Positions 13,238 to 22,039 of a stretch of 64,000 nucleotides of DNA are shown piece after piece; position 1 is the first letter of the stretch, and each line of letters starts with the position of its first letter. The notes under the pieces are model-generated. The model ran no database searches, was not told the DNA's origin, and saw only the letters and a program-made list of their open reading frames with translations. Source of the stretch: an uncultured Thermococci archaeon (GTDB lineage: Archaea; Methanobacteriota_B; Thermococci; Methanofastidiosales; Methanofastidiosaceae). The stretch covers positions 64,934-128,933 of the forward strand of contig CAZCMP010000002.1 of the NCBI GenBank assembly GCA_964500005.1, read 5' to 3'. Both the position numbers and the translations under genes were made by a program.

Positions 13238-13553
13238 CGTATTCTCTCCATGTATAATTACACTTTGTACATCTATAAAATTTAGTCGCAGGTTCATCCC
13301 CGCTTCTTGTCTGGAGCATCCACCAGTAAGCTTCTCTATTGTGACATTTTTTACATTCTTCCTTAACTTTAGGCATCATGATATTGCTATCTTCAATGAC
13401 AACAACTTCGTCCCCAGATTGATTTTTTTCAGAATGCTCAAATCGACTTTTTTCATCTATATCTTTTTCATACCCACATCTGCAAGCATACAAACACTTA
13501 CCATCTTTCTTGTTAACACGCAAAAGAGTGCCACATTTAGGACAGAACTCCAT
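13233..13553 (-). CDS. tfs: Transcription factor S (TFIIS-type cleavage factor / RpoM family)
   Basis: 106 aa with an N-terminal Rpb9-type Zn ribbon (CPKCGTLL...CRCGY) and a C-terminal TFIIS-type ribbon carrying the acidic loop (CKKCHNREAYWWMLQTRSGDEPATKFYRCTKCNYTW). Confidence 0.85.
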   Translation of the reverse strand: MEFCPKCGTLLRVNKKDGKCLYACRCGYEKDIDEKSRFEHSEKNQSGDEVVVIEDSNIMMPKVKEECKKCHNREAYWWMLQTRSGDEPATKFYRCTKCNYTWREYD

Positions 13554-13603
13554 TAGATCTTCACCAAAAAGAAGGGCTAAATCTCGTTTATAAGATTATC
13601 TAA

Positions 13604-14755
13604 TTAACATACTTTTTGTTCTTTTACCAGATTAATTAAAATAAAAGAAGCTAAGGATAACGATAGAGAAAAATAAAGGGGGTAATTCATGCCTAACGTT
13701 TTCCATAATACCCCCGCTATAAAAGAAGCGGGAAATGCGATAAGCCCAGTAATAAGTTGAAAAGACCCCAAAGAAGTAGCCCTATAGTCAAGTGGGCAGA
13801 TCTCAGAAGCCAATGTTTTTTGAGAAACTTCAATGGCTGCCTTGTATACTCCATAAATACAAAATATTATTACGATACCTAAAAAATTTCTTGTGATGAT
13901 GAAACTAAAACATACAAGTGCAAAAGACAGATAAGAAATCATCAACACTTTTTTCCTTCCAATTTTATCTGCCATCCTTCCAAAAGGATAAGAAAATACA
14001 GTGCTTGATATTGTATAAATTAAATAGAATATAGGAACTGTATATATTGAAAATCCTATGTCTTTAGCATATAATAAAAAGAAAGAATAGCTAAATGCCC
14101 CTAATGCAAATATTCCATTAATGAATACAAACAATCGAAAGTTTTTATCAAAGAGATTTATTGAAAACTTCCTTTTCTTAGTTTCAAATTTTTTCTCTTT
14201 AATAAAAATATATATTATCAAAACAGAGAAGAATGAAGGGATTGCGGCCAAGAGGATAAGGTTCCTAAATCCAAGGTATTTTAGTAATAATATCGACAAG
14301 GTAATCCCAACAATTGCACCAAAGTTATCCATTGCTCTTAAAAATCCAAAGTTGGAACCCCTATTATCCTTTGTAGATAGCTCTGCAACCATTGCATCCC
14401 TTGGGGCCCCTCTTATTTTACCGGCTCTGTCCAAGGCCTTAAATGGAACAAGATATGCCCAAGTTGGGGAGATTGCATACCCAAATCTCGCAATTGCTGA
14501 TGATAAGTACCCAGTCCAGACAAATATTTTCCTTCTTCTAAATTTGTCAGATAGGAATCCAGAGAATGCACTTGAAATTGATACTAAAGCTTCTCCGATG
14601 CCATCTATGATTCCTAAAACTAATACATCAGCACCCAAGAAAACTGTAACAAACAAAGGCCATATTGGGTATATCATATCAGAACCCATATCGTTAAAGA
14701 AAGATGCTAAAGAGAAAACATGTAAATCTCTTTTTTTATCTTTTTTATTTTCCAT
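13604..14755 (-). CDS. MFS-family transporter
   Basis: 383 aa with about 12 predicted TM segments and the MFS loop motif (GFLSDKFRRRKIF; GRMADKIGRKK). Confidence 0.7.
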   Translation of the reverse strand: MENKKDKKRDLHVFSLASFFNDMGSDMIYPIWPLFVTVFLGADVLVLGIIDGIGEALVSISSAFSGFLSDKFRRRKIFVWTGYLSSAIARFGYAISPTWAYLVPFKALDRAGKIRGAPRDAMVAELSTKDNRGSNFGFLRAMDNFGAIVGITLSILLLKYLGFRNLILLAAIPSFFSVLIIYIFIKEKKFETKKRKFSINLFDKNFRLFVFINGIFALGAFSYSFFLLYAKDIGFSIYTVPIFYLIYTISSTVFSYPFGRMADKIGRKKVLMISYLSFALVCFSFIITRNFLGIVIIFCIYGVYKAAIEVSQKTLASEICPLDYRATSLGSFQLITGLIAFPASFIAGVLWKTLGMNYPLYFSLSLSLASFILINLVKEQKVC

Positions 14756-14879
14756 TTAGTTTCTCCTATTGAAATCAAAGTTTTACTATATTCATTTTAA
14801 GTTGTTTTAAATTTATTTCTTAAGAATGAATACCTCGTCTGTTAAAAGAATATTTAGAATTAGACAAAGTACTTTTTCT

Positions 14880-14930
14880 ATTTAAGATATTAAATTTAAA
14901 AATAAGAAAAGAAAAAAATAAATTTTTATT
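14880..14930 (-). terminator. Oligo-T transcription terminator downstream of mcrA
   Basis: Immediately 3' of the mcrA stop, the minus strand reads TATACCATAAAATAAAAATTTATTTTTTTCTTTTCTTATTTTTAAATTT. These are consecutive T-runs typical of archaeal intrinsic terminators. Confidence 0.5.
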
Positions 14931-16592
14931 TTATGGTATAATAAGGTCTCTTTCTCCGGCAGGGACGAACTCCCTCATGGCACCTCTTCCGAACTCCTTT
15001 GTAATGTTTGCGAAGTCGAAAGGTAGTGACCTGTCGGCAAATGCGACCTTTATATGTGGAGATACTGCCCATGCATCGAACCTTGCTGCGTGTGCGGCAG
15101 CAACGATACCTGCATATGCACTCTGGTGTCCTACGTTCATTGCGTAGCTTGGGTAGTTACCTCCCCTAAGCTCGAATGGTAAACCTTCATCAGACCTGTA
15201 TGAGAAGGTGTTTGCGGCACCAATCTGATCCTGAAGGTCGAATCCGTAGAATCCGAATCTTCCCATCTGCTCTTTGTGTACATTACCTGCTAGGTACCAT
15301 GCTGAAAGACCAGCTTGAGCATTACCTGTCGCCATTGCAACAGTTGTACCTGCTGCTGCAGATATACATGTAGCTCTCTGGGATCCACCGAAGTGTGTTT
15401 CCATAACTGCTGGGTAAAGTTCATACTGCTCTAAACAGTACAAAGCAACATCTGTTCCCATCTCATTTATGAGGTTTACACTTGGTTTCTGTTTTGCAAG
15501 ATCTCCGTACTTGTCCTTTACGTGTTCCATTCCCCAGTATACAAAGTCTTCAAGGATGTTATCGGTGTATGCTGCTGTTGCATACTGTGTGAATCCGACA
15601 CCACCAGACATGTATGATCCGAGGTATATCTGGTCGTAAATTAAAGCGGCGAGTGCAATTGTTTCAAGTGAATGTCTTGCTGGGTCATCTGGGTACTTAG
15701 CCAAGGACTGTGCACAGTCTGCTACGACTCCGTACATAAGTCCACCGGGCTCATTTGGACCTCTTGCTCTTCTTGCTGGCATCATGTCAGACATCTGAAT
15801 GACTGAACCGTGCTTTGCAGCGTATGCGAAATCTCCAGTTGCGGCTTCTCCGGCACATAGGTTGTATGCACCGATAAATGCCATACCGATCTGCATTGCA
15901 CTCCATCTGGAAACTGTTCCTCCATCACAAATTCTTCCAACTACTGTTGGAATTCTAACTACCTGCCACATTGATTTTCCAACGGCCTTCTTTAATGCGG
16001 CTGCTTGGTCTGCAGGGAATTCTTTGTTTATGTCGATAACAAATCTTGAGTCAATTTCATCAATTAACTCGTCATTTCCAGAGTATACTTTAACGTATGA
16101 GTCCTTTACTAATCTTGGGTCAGTTTCAACCATGTGTTCCTGAATGACGGCTGCACCAGGCATTGCGTGGTTTACTACTTCAAGATAGTGATTAATTGTT
16201 TCTGGAGTAACCTCTTTTCCAAGTCTCTTTTCCAAAATGTTGTGTGGTGAGTCAAGACCTACAAGAATTGTTCTCCTCATATCGTCCCATGCCTGCTGCA
16301 TAGCGGCATTGTTTACGAAGTGGAGATCATCCATGTTAGCTATAATGTCTGTGTGTGAAAGCTGGTATGGCATCAATACTCTCTGACCTTGTGGCATACC
16401 TACGGTTGGGTTGTATCCCGGTATTCCTCTTTCCTTAGCAATCTGTTGACCTGCGTCGTGGAATTCTACTTTTCTCTTGTTCTGCTTGTACCCTCCATAA
16501 ACGTAGTACTTTGTCTGCTTTTGGTCTGGAGCTTCCTCGAATTTCTTTTTCATTGCCTGCATAAAGTTATGTTTTTCATCTTTATATACCAT
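14931..16592 (-). CDS. mcrA: Methyl-coenzyme M reductase alpha subunit
   Basis: 553 aa. It has the hallmark McrA blocks ([42 protein letters not shown], and the [13 protein letters not shown] region) and the canonical length. Confidence 0.97.
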   Translation of the reverse strand: MVYKDEKHNFMQAMKKKFEEAPDQKQTKYYVYGGYKQNKRKVEFHDAGQQIAKERGIPGYNPTVGMPQGQRVLMPYQLSHTDIIANMDDLHFVNNAAMQQAWDDMRRTILVGLDSPHNILEKRLGKEVTPETINHYLEVVNHAMPGAAVIQEHMVETDPRLVKDSYVKVYSGNDELIDEIDSRFVIDINKEFPADQAAALKKAVGKSMWQVVRIPTVVGRICDGGTVSRWSAMQIGMAFIGAYNLCAGEAATGDFAYAAKHGSVIQMSDMMPARRARGPNEPGGLMYGVVADCAQSLAKYPDDPARHSLETIALAALIYDQIYLGSYMSGGVGFTQYATAAYTDNILEDFVYWGMEHVKDKYGDLAKQKPSVNLINEMGTDVALYCLEQYELYPAVMETHFGGSQRATCISAAAGTTVAMATGNAQAGLSAWYLAGNVHKEQMGRFGFYGFDLQDQIGAANTFSYRSDEGLPFELRGGNYPSYAMNVGHQSAYAGIVAAAHAARFDAWAVSPHIKVAFADRSLPFDFANITKEFGRGAMREFVPAGERDLIIP

Positions 16593-16605
16593 TCATATCC
16601 CCTCC

Positions 16606-17385
16606 TTAAAACTTGGCCTCCTTAAATGGCTCGAATCCTGCAAAGGATCTCTCCCAGTGAACATTCTGTACCATCTGAAGAACTTCGGCGTCTTGTTTTA
16701 TTGTGACACCATCTGCCCTGTAAATTGTTGTTCTTTTCATCAATTCAGCTTCGGATAGTGGCTTACCAACAGATATAGGAGCGGGTATTTCTTCTCCAAC
16801 CATATTCTTTACATACTTAACTTCGCCTGTGCTCTTGTCAAATACATATCTTTGCATAGCATCAAACATAATGCCGTTTTCATCAAGTCTTAGGGCATGT
16901 CCGTGGACTGTTCTTCCTCTAATACCTGTTCTAGCGGCATCAAATGTTTCAGATTCTATAAGCTCCTTAGCTATTGCTTCAACATCTCTTTCTCTTGCTT
17001 CTACTACGTGTCTTCCAGAGAGTGTTCCACTGTCCATTCCTCTGTACCTGTATGAGTACATCCATGACCTCTGGTAAGGAGATATTGGGGCAAAGTAAAC
17101 GGAGTCAGTAAACTGAACATACCTAATTCTGTCTCCTGCTTTTGCACCAGGTGTTGGTTCTACAAGTTCTCTTATAGGGCATTCTGGTTCTCCCATTTCC
17201 TCTAATGGCGGGTGAACGCTCTTGTAGTCCTCTCCAGGCTGTCTGTGGCCAAGAACTCTTACAACATCCTCATCGGATACTGATCTTAACTTTTGGAGTT
17301 TGTATTCAGGATCCATATATTTTTTTCTGTTTATTGATGGATCTGATTTTCCAGGGAAAAATTGTGCTTTATATTTCATATTCAT
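16606..17385 (-). CDS. mcrG: Methyl-coenzyme M reductase gamma subunit
   Basis: 259 aa. The N-terminus MKYKAQFFPG and its position directly upstream of mcrA fit McrG, and the length is typical. Confidence 0.93.
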   Translation of the reverse strand: MNMKYKAQFFPGKSDPSINRKKYMDPEYKLQKLRSVSDEDVVRVLGHRQPGEDYKSVHPPLEEMGEPECPIRELVEPTPGAKAGDRIRYVQFTDSVYFAPISPYQRSWMYSYRYRGMDSGTLSGRHVVEARERDVEAIAKELIESETFDAARTGIRGRTVHGHALRLDENGIMFDAMQRYVFDKSTGEVKYVKNMVGEEIPAPISVGKPLSEAELMKRTTIYRADGVTIKQDAEVLQMVQNVHWERSFAGFEPFKEAKF

Positions 17386-17390
17386 TCCTC

Positions 17391-17708
17391 CTAATTTAGA
17401 CCCTTTATGTAGTCAGAAACGCCTTTCTTATATTTTGTAAATCGACCTAATTCAATGTTATATCCAAAAGGTAGGTGTTCGTCACAAATATCTTTTATAA
17501 CTCTCTGGACATCTTCATTATTGTCCTCTACTTCAATCCATATCCATCCAACCATATAATTCTCATTTTCATTTGAATTTATGGAAGGTCCGTGGACTGA
17601 AACGTTTGTGACAAAGTCAAACCTAGTGAGTTCATCAGTGATCTTGTCTGCAGTTTCTTTTGATATCAATTTGAAAGGAAATATCTGTATCTCGGGCCTA
17701 ATTTTCAA
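17391..17708 (-). CDS. mcrD: Methyl-coenzyme M reductase operon protein D (short form)
   Basis: 105 aa. The N-terminus M-x-IRPEIQIFPFKLISKETADKITDEL resembles the McrD N-terminus (EVEIFPHRYLKPETTEKLLNEL). It lies between mcrB and mcrG. Confidence 0.75.
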   Translation of the reverse strand: MKIRPEIQIFPFKLISKETADKITDELTRFDFVTNVSVHGPSINSNENENYMVGWIWIEVEDNNEDVQRVIKDICDEHLPFGYNIELGRFTKYKKGVSDYIKGLN

Positions 17709-17719
17709 TTTTACTCCTC

Positions 17720-19048
17720 CTAAATACCTCCCTTAATCTTGGCAGCGGCTTGATTTACATACTTCATTGGTTCTGCAAATTCAGGTACTGTTGAGAACAC
17801 TTCTTTGATTAATCCAGATGTTGCCTCTGGTGAGAACATCTGAGTTCCTGCATCTAATGCCATTGCGGCAGCGATACATGGAATTACAAATCCTTTTGAG
17901 TGTCTTGTAACGATGTGGTTTCCGTTGAATATACCTGGTCCTCCTCCACCATAAATGGAGTGGGAGAAGAATGACATACCAACAGTTGTACCCTGGGCTC
18001 TTCCGAAGTCTACACCAGGTAAACCTGTTTCATGCTCAACTAAGTCGTTAAAGTATAAAACTGTTGAAGGTATTCCTTGACCGGCTCTCATTGCACCACA
18101 GTTTACCATAACTGACGCAAGCATTCCAGATGCCGCGTATGCGTTCCATAATGCAATATCTTTTGTCTTGTAAACTTTGTAGCCAGAAGGTAACGTCTTG
18201 TCTACTGCTATAACTTTATCTTCAATTGCTTTTCCAACTAAGGTTTCAACAACTGATCCTATTGTTCCGTTCTTTCCATTTTCTTTAACTAATTCGTAGG
18301 TTATATTGTTTGCATTCATTCCCTGGTATGCAAGTCCCAAGAGATGCATTCTCTCAAATGGGCCTATTGCATCTCCCATTTCAAACATTGCAGTTTGTTC
18401 AAGGATTGATGCAAGTGCGGCTGAGTTCATTGCATTCTTCTTTGTTGTGGCAACTATGTGGTTAACCATAATGTTTCTTAGAGAGTATCCAAGACCTTCG
18501 TTTTTCTGTGGAACTTCAAGCATAGCTTGAATCTTTGCTCCCTTAAGATCAAGTGTCTGTGGGTAGGCCCCCCATATTGCGGCCTTTACAACGTTTGCAT
18601 CAAATATGCTAACATCGAAAACATCTATAATTGCTTGTGTTACGGCTGCTGCTGTTGCAGTCATACCAACACTATATTCAGCAAAAATTCTGTTTGTGGG
18701 TATCTGAACAAGCATTCTCTCATTGTTTCCTAAAAGCGTTACTAAAGTATCGTCTTTTGCATCAACTTTAAGAATTTCTTCTACTCTTTGTTTGATCTCT
18801 GGTGCTTTCCCAACAACATCTAATTTCATTTCTCTACCAAGAATTATTTGGCCTTTTCCGCCTAATGCTCCTGTGGCAAGTGCTGATTGGGCGCCTTTGA
18901 GATCGACAGCAACTGTTCTGACAACTTTGGATACTATACTCTTTATAGCCTCATTTTTTAGAGGACTAAGAGCTTCCAAGGGGACTCCACTCTCAACGAG
19001 TTTACCCCTGTCAGAATACAAATCTATTTTGTCGCTATATTTTGGCAT
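17720..19048 (-). CDS. mcrB: Methyl-coenzyme M reductase beta subunit
   Basis: The ORF track extends to 19114. The McrB-like N-terminus [18 protein letters not shown] begins at the internal ATG (19046-19048), which is preceded by GGAGG at an 8-nt spacing. This gives the canonical 443 aa. Confidence 0.93.
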   Translation of the reverse strand: MPKYSDKIDLYSDRGKLVESGVPLEALSPLKNEAIKSIVSKVVRTVAVDLKGAQSALATGALGGKGQIILGREMKLDVVGKAPEIKQRVEEILKVDAKDDTLVTLLGNNERMLVQIPTNRIFAEYSVGMTATAAAVTQAIIDVFDVSIFDANVVKAAIWGAYPQTLDLKGAKIQAMLEVPQKNEGLGYSLRNIMVNHIVATTKKNAMNSAALASILEQTAMFEMGDAIGPFERMHLLGLAYQGMNANNITYELVKENGKNGTIGSVVETLVGKAIEDKVIAVDKTLPSGYKVYKTKDIALWNAYAASGMLASVMVNCGAMRAGQGIPSTVLYFNDLVEHETGLPGVDFGRAQGTTVGMSFFSHSIYGGGGPGIFNGNHIVTRHSKGFVIPCIAAAMALDAGTQMFSPEATSGLIKEVFSTVPEFAEPMKYVNQAAAKIKGGI

Positions 19049-19366
19049 ATAGTATTCCTCCTTTTTTTTGATATCCAAAAACAGGATATCATGTCCAAGA
19101 TTCCTAAAGTCCATTAAACGGACTTCAGAAATACCTAATACAAATAATATTTAAGTGTTTCTATTTAGAATATTTATTTAATACGTCAAATTTTAAAAAT
19201 GGCCCAAAGTTAGTTTAATAATAAATTATATTAATAATAGTATATTTAATTATAAAATTATAAATATAATATATTGATAAATATTAAAGGAATACGATAA
19301 ATAAATAAAAATATTGGTATATTTAATTTTGAGAAGAACTTTCTGCCGAAAGATTTCTTATGAAAA
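19049..19366 (-). promoter_or_regulatory. AT-rich 5' leader/promoter region of the mcrBDGA operon
   Basis: A roughly 300-bp, >80% AT non-coding stretch upstream of mcrB. It contains several TATA-like elements. mcr operons are known to carry long 5' UTRs. The exact TSS cannot be determined from sequence. Confidence 0.4.
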
Positions 19367-20143
19367 CTAAATATCTTCCAAGATCTGATAAATTTCATCA
19401 AGATTTATTTGATAATCCTCTATTTTACCTTCGTCACAAAGTTTAGATATGTCTGGGTCGATAGGTATGCTGCCTATTAAAGGAAGCTCCAACTTAGACC
19501 TTCCCCCATCTCCGAATACATCTATTTTTTTGCCACATTTAGGGCATGACGCATAGGCCATATTCTCGACTACGCCCAATACCTTAACATTTAATTCCTC
19601 TGCCATTGAAACTGCTTTTTTTACTATTGTTGCGGCCAATACCTGTGGCGAACTTACAACTACAAATCCATCCAATTTTATATTTTGCATTAAAGTGAGT
19701 TGAACATCGCTAGTTCCAGGAGGAAGATCAAACAACAAGTAATCAATATCTTCCCATACTACGTCTGCTAGAAATTGAGAAACTACGCCACTTATCCTAA
19801 GCCCCCTCCAAATAACTGCTTCTCCATTATTCGGTAAGAAAAGACTCATTGACATAATCTTGATTCCACTTTTAGAAAGTACTGGTAGTATCCCAGAACT
19901 TCCCCCAATTGGTCTTTCATCTATGCCAAACATCATTGGTATACTTGGTCCAGTTATATCAAGATCTAATACCCCTACAGTTTTTCCCTGTTTTGCAAGA
20001 TAGGATGCAATTAGGGAAGTTACGACGGATTTTCCTACTCCGCCTTTACCACTTCCAATAGCAATTTTCTTCCCAATCTTTGACATTCTTTCATCAATGT
20101 TCATTTTTTGAATTCTTAATTGCTCTTTGAGATTTGATTCCAT
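19367..20143 (-). CDS. apbC: Mrp/NBP35 (ApbC) family iron-sulfur cluster carrier ATPase
   Basis: 258 aa with a deviant Walker A (GKGGVGKSVVTSLIA) and a C-terminal CPKCG Fe-S ligand motif. Confidence 0.85.
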   Translation of the reverse strand: MESNLKEQLRIQKMNIDERMSKIGKKIAIGSGKGGVGKSVVTSLIASYLAKQGKTVGVLDLDITGPSIPMMFGIDERPIGGSSGILPVLSKSGIKIMSMSLFLPNNGEAVIWRGLRISGVVSQFLADVVWEDIDYLLFDLPPGTSDVQLTLMQNIKLDGFVVVSSPQVLAATIVKKAVSMAEELNVKVLGVVENMAYASCPKCGKKIDVFGDGGRSKLELPLIGSIPIDPDISKLCDEGKIEDYQINLDEIYQILEDI

Positions 20144-20190
20144 TTTTATCCCCTGAATAACTAAAGTCTACCTATACAGAACGATCCTTT

Positions 20191-20562
20191 TCAATGCATA
20201 TGATCTCTGCATGCTTCATCGTTTGACATTTTGTGAAGTTTTCCTTGAATAAAGTAATTTAAGGCTTCTTTTGCAGATCCTTGTATAGCTATATAAATTT
20301 CAACATTTTCAGACCTCAATCTTTCTAAAGCTCGTGGTCCGGCCCCAAGACATATTAAAGCTTGAATTTTTTTTTCTAAAAGTATGTCAGAAGGGGTTAA
20401 AGCCCCTCCAAAATGTTCTCCGCTATTTTTAATTATTTCAGTAGAGCTAATCAAATTATCTCTAAGATCTACTACAGTAAATGTTGGAGCTTTGCCAAAA
20501 TGGGGAAATATTTCATCTTCTAGGCCTCCAACAAATCCAGTTGGTATTGCTACTTTCGTAAT
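20191..20562 (-). CDS. NifX/NifB-like 'dinitrogenase FeMo-cofactor biosynthesis' domain protein (non-canonical start)
   Basis: The ORF track calls only the TTG-initiated C-terminal 87 aa. The same frame stays open upstream to a stop at 20578-20580 and encodes the full domain (DITKVAIPTGFVGGLEDEIFPHFGKAPTFTVVDLRDN...). There is no ATG/GTG/TTG in this upstream extension. GGAGG is followed 4 nt later by ATT at 20560-20562. Confidence 0.55.
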   Translation of the reverse strand: MTKVAIPTGFVGGLEDEIFPHFGKAPTFTVVDLRDNLISSTEIIKNSGEHFGGALTPSDILLEKKIQALICLGAGPRALERLRSENVEIYIAIQGSAKEALNYFIQGKLHKMSNDEACRDHMH

Positions 20563-20581
20563 ATCGCCTCCAAGTAATTAT

Positions 20582-20779
20582 TTAATTTTTATCTTCTCTT
20601 AACATAGATTGATTTGACCTACAAAGTCCTCTTCTGCCACCATATCCACCACCATTAACTCTGTGGACATTTGAACTGTTACATTTTGGACACTTCAAGT
20701 TAATTCCCATTTGTCCATTTCCGTGGGGCAAGTCCCATTGATGGCCACAATCATAGCATTTAAACTTCCTATTTTCCAT
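20582..20779 (-). CDS. Small zinc-ribbon protein (CxxC...CxxC) with Gly/Arg-rich tail
   Basis: 65 aa with CYDCG...CPKCN motifs. Its stop lies 4 nt upstream of the NifX-like frame, which suggests co-translation or coupling. Confidence 0.4.
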   Translation of the reverse strand: MENRKFKCYDCGHQWDLPHGNGQMGINLKCPKCNSSNVHRVNGGGYGGRRGLCRSNQSMLREDKN

Positions 20780-20855
20780 AATGAATCTCCTTAATTAATA
20801 AGGCATTTTCAATATGAATATTTATTCATATTTTATAAATCTAACTGTTATTGAA

Positions 20856-21365
20856 TTATAGGATTAAAATTGCAACTAATCCTGAACCTACAATGAAAAA
20901 TATTGGATCAACTTTAGTTTTAACAAGTAAAATAAATATTGATAATATCATTATTATAGCTTTTACGTCAAAATTTATCAAAAATTGGATTCCCAAGGAG
21001 TAGAGTGTTATAAATACAAGAACTGAAGTTCCAAGAGCTAAAGATTTAATCAAAGATTCTCTTTTTAATTTAATCGATTTTTTTAAAATTAGATATAAGA
21101 TGATTATTATTATAGGTGGCAAGATCAAGAAAAATGTAGTTAATAATGCGCCAGCTAGCCCATAATACTTATACCCAATATATGTGGCCATATTTACTGC
21201 TATTGGACCTGGCGTTATTTGTGCTGCAGTTAAAACCTCTTTGAATTCGAGAAAGGTCAAATAATTTTGACTTATGAGGATATCCTTTATCAGTCCAACA
21301 ACAGCCCATCCTCCCCCAAAGGCCATTGCTCCTATGTATAAGAATATAAAAAGAATATTTATCAA
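20856..21365 (-). CDS. chrA: Chromate transporter (short-chain CHR family), second gene of pair
   Basis: 169 aa, 5-6 TM, with a CHR-family motif (GAMAFGGGWAVVGLI). It overlaps the upstream partner by 4 nt. Confidence 0.7.
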   Translation of the reverse strand: MINILFIFLYIGAMAFGGGWAVVGLIKDILISQNYLTFLEFKEVLTAAQITPGPIAVNMATYIGYKYYGLAGALLTTFFLILPPIIIIILYLILKKSIKLKRESLIKSLALGTSVLVFITLYSLGIQFLINFDVKAIIMILSIFILLVKTKVDPIFFIVGSGLVAILIL

Positions 21366-21916
21366 TTAACTGCCCCCTTCTCATAAAAGTAATTTATCAT
21401 AATTAAAAATAGAAAAATAAAAAATGTCAAGTTTCTATTTATGATTAAAGCAGTTATTCCAAAGAAAAAAAGAATAATATTAATTTTATTAAACTTAAAA
21501 TTTTTTAGTATTTTATATAATACATAAGAAGTCAAACCAACAGTTGCAATATAACATCCATCTAAAAATTTTTTTAGGTAAATACTGCCAGAATAATTTT
21601 GTATTATGCTTGCGACTACAAGTATAGCAAAAAATGGGGGAATCATTACCCCAAACGATGCAAAAAATGCGCCCCAAAATCCTCTTAATTTCATTCCCAA
21701 TAATACAGACAGATTGAATGCAATAGAGCCTGGCATAGACTGTGCAACTGAAAGAATATTAAAGAACTCCTTTTCAGTAATGAGTTTTTTATTAAGGAGA
21801 TTTCTTTCAATTGCAGGCACCATAGCGTATCCACCCCCAATTGTAAATACTGATATTTTAATGAAAATATAAAAGATGGACAGTAATTCTCTGTTTTTTG
21901 AAATGAATGCTCTCAT
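21362..21916 (-). CDS. chrA: Chromate transporter (short-chain CHR family), first gene of pair
   Basis: 184 aa with a CHR-family motif (VFTIGGGYAMVPAIE). Paired short CHR genes are a known arrangement. Confidence 0.7.
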   Translation of the reverse strand: MRAFISKNRELLSIFYIFIKISVFTIGGGYAMVPAIERNLLNKKLITEKEFFNILSVAQSMPGSIAFNLSVLLGMKLRGFWGAFFASFGVMIPPFFAILVVASIIQNYSGSIYLKKFLDGCYIATVGLTSYVLYKILKNFKFNKINIILFFFGITALIINRNLTFFIFLFLIMINYFYEKGAVN

Positions 21917-22039
21917 CTAATCAAACTCTTATAGTTCTAAAGTCTATATAAATATATTATTAAAAAATATTTATGAATTTATATTCTTAAACCAAAAACT
22001 TAAATATGGTTAGATACTTTAACATCACATAAACAACAG

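Noticed and set aside
14931-19114. Possibility of pyrrolysine or amber recoding, suggested by the Methanomassiliicoccales-like mcrBDGA order
   Set aside because: TAG is used as an ordinary stop for several highly conserved genes (rps12, nusA, rpoA'', rpoH). No conserved gene in the window needs read-through of an in-frame TAG.
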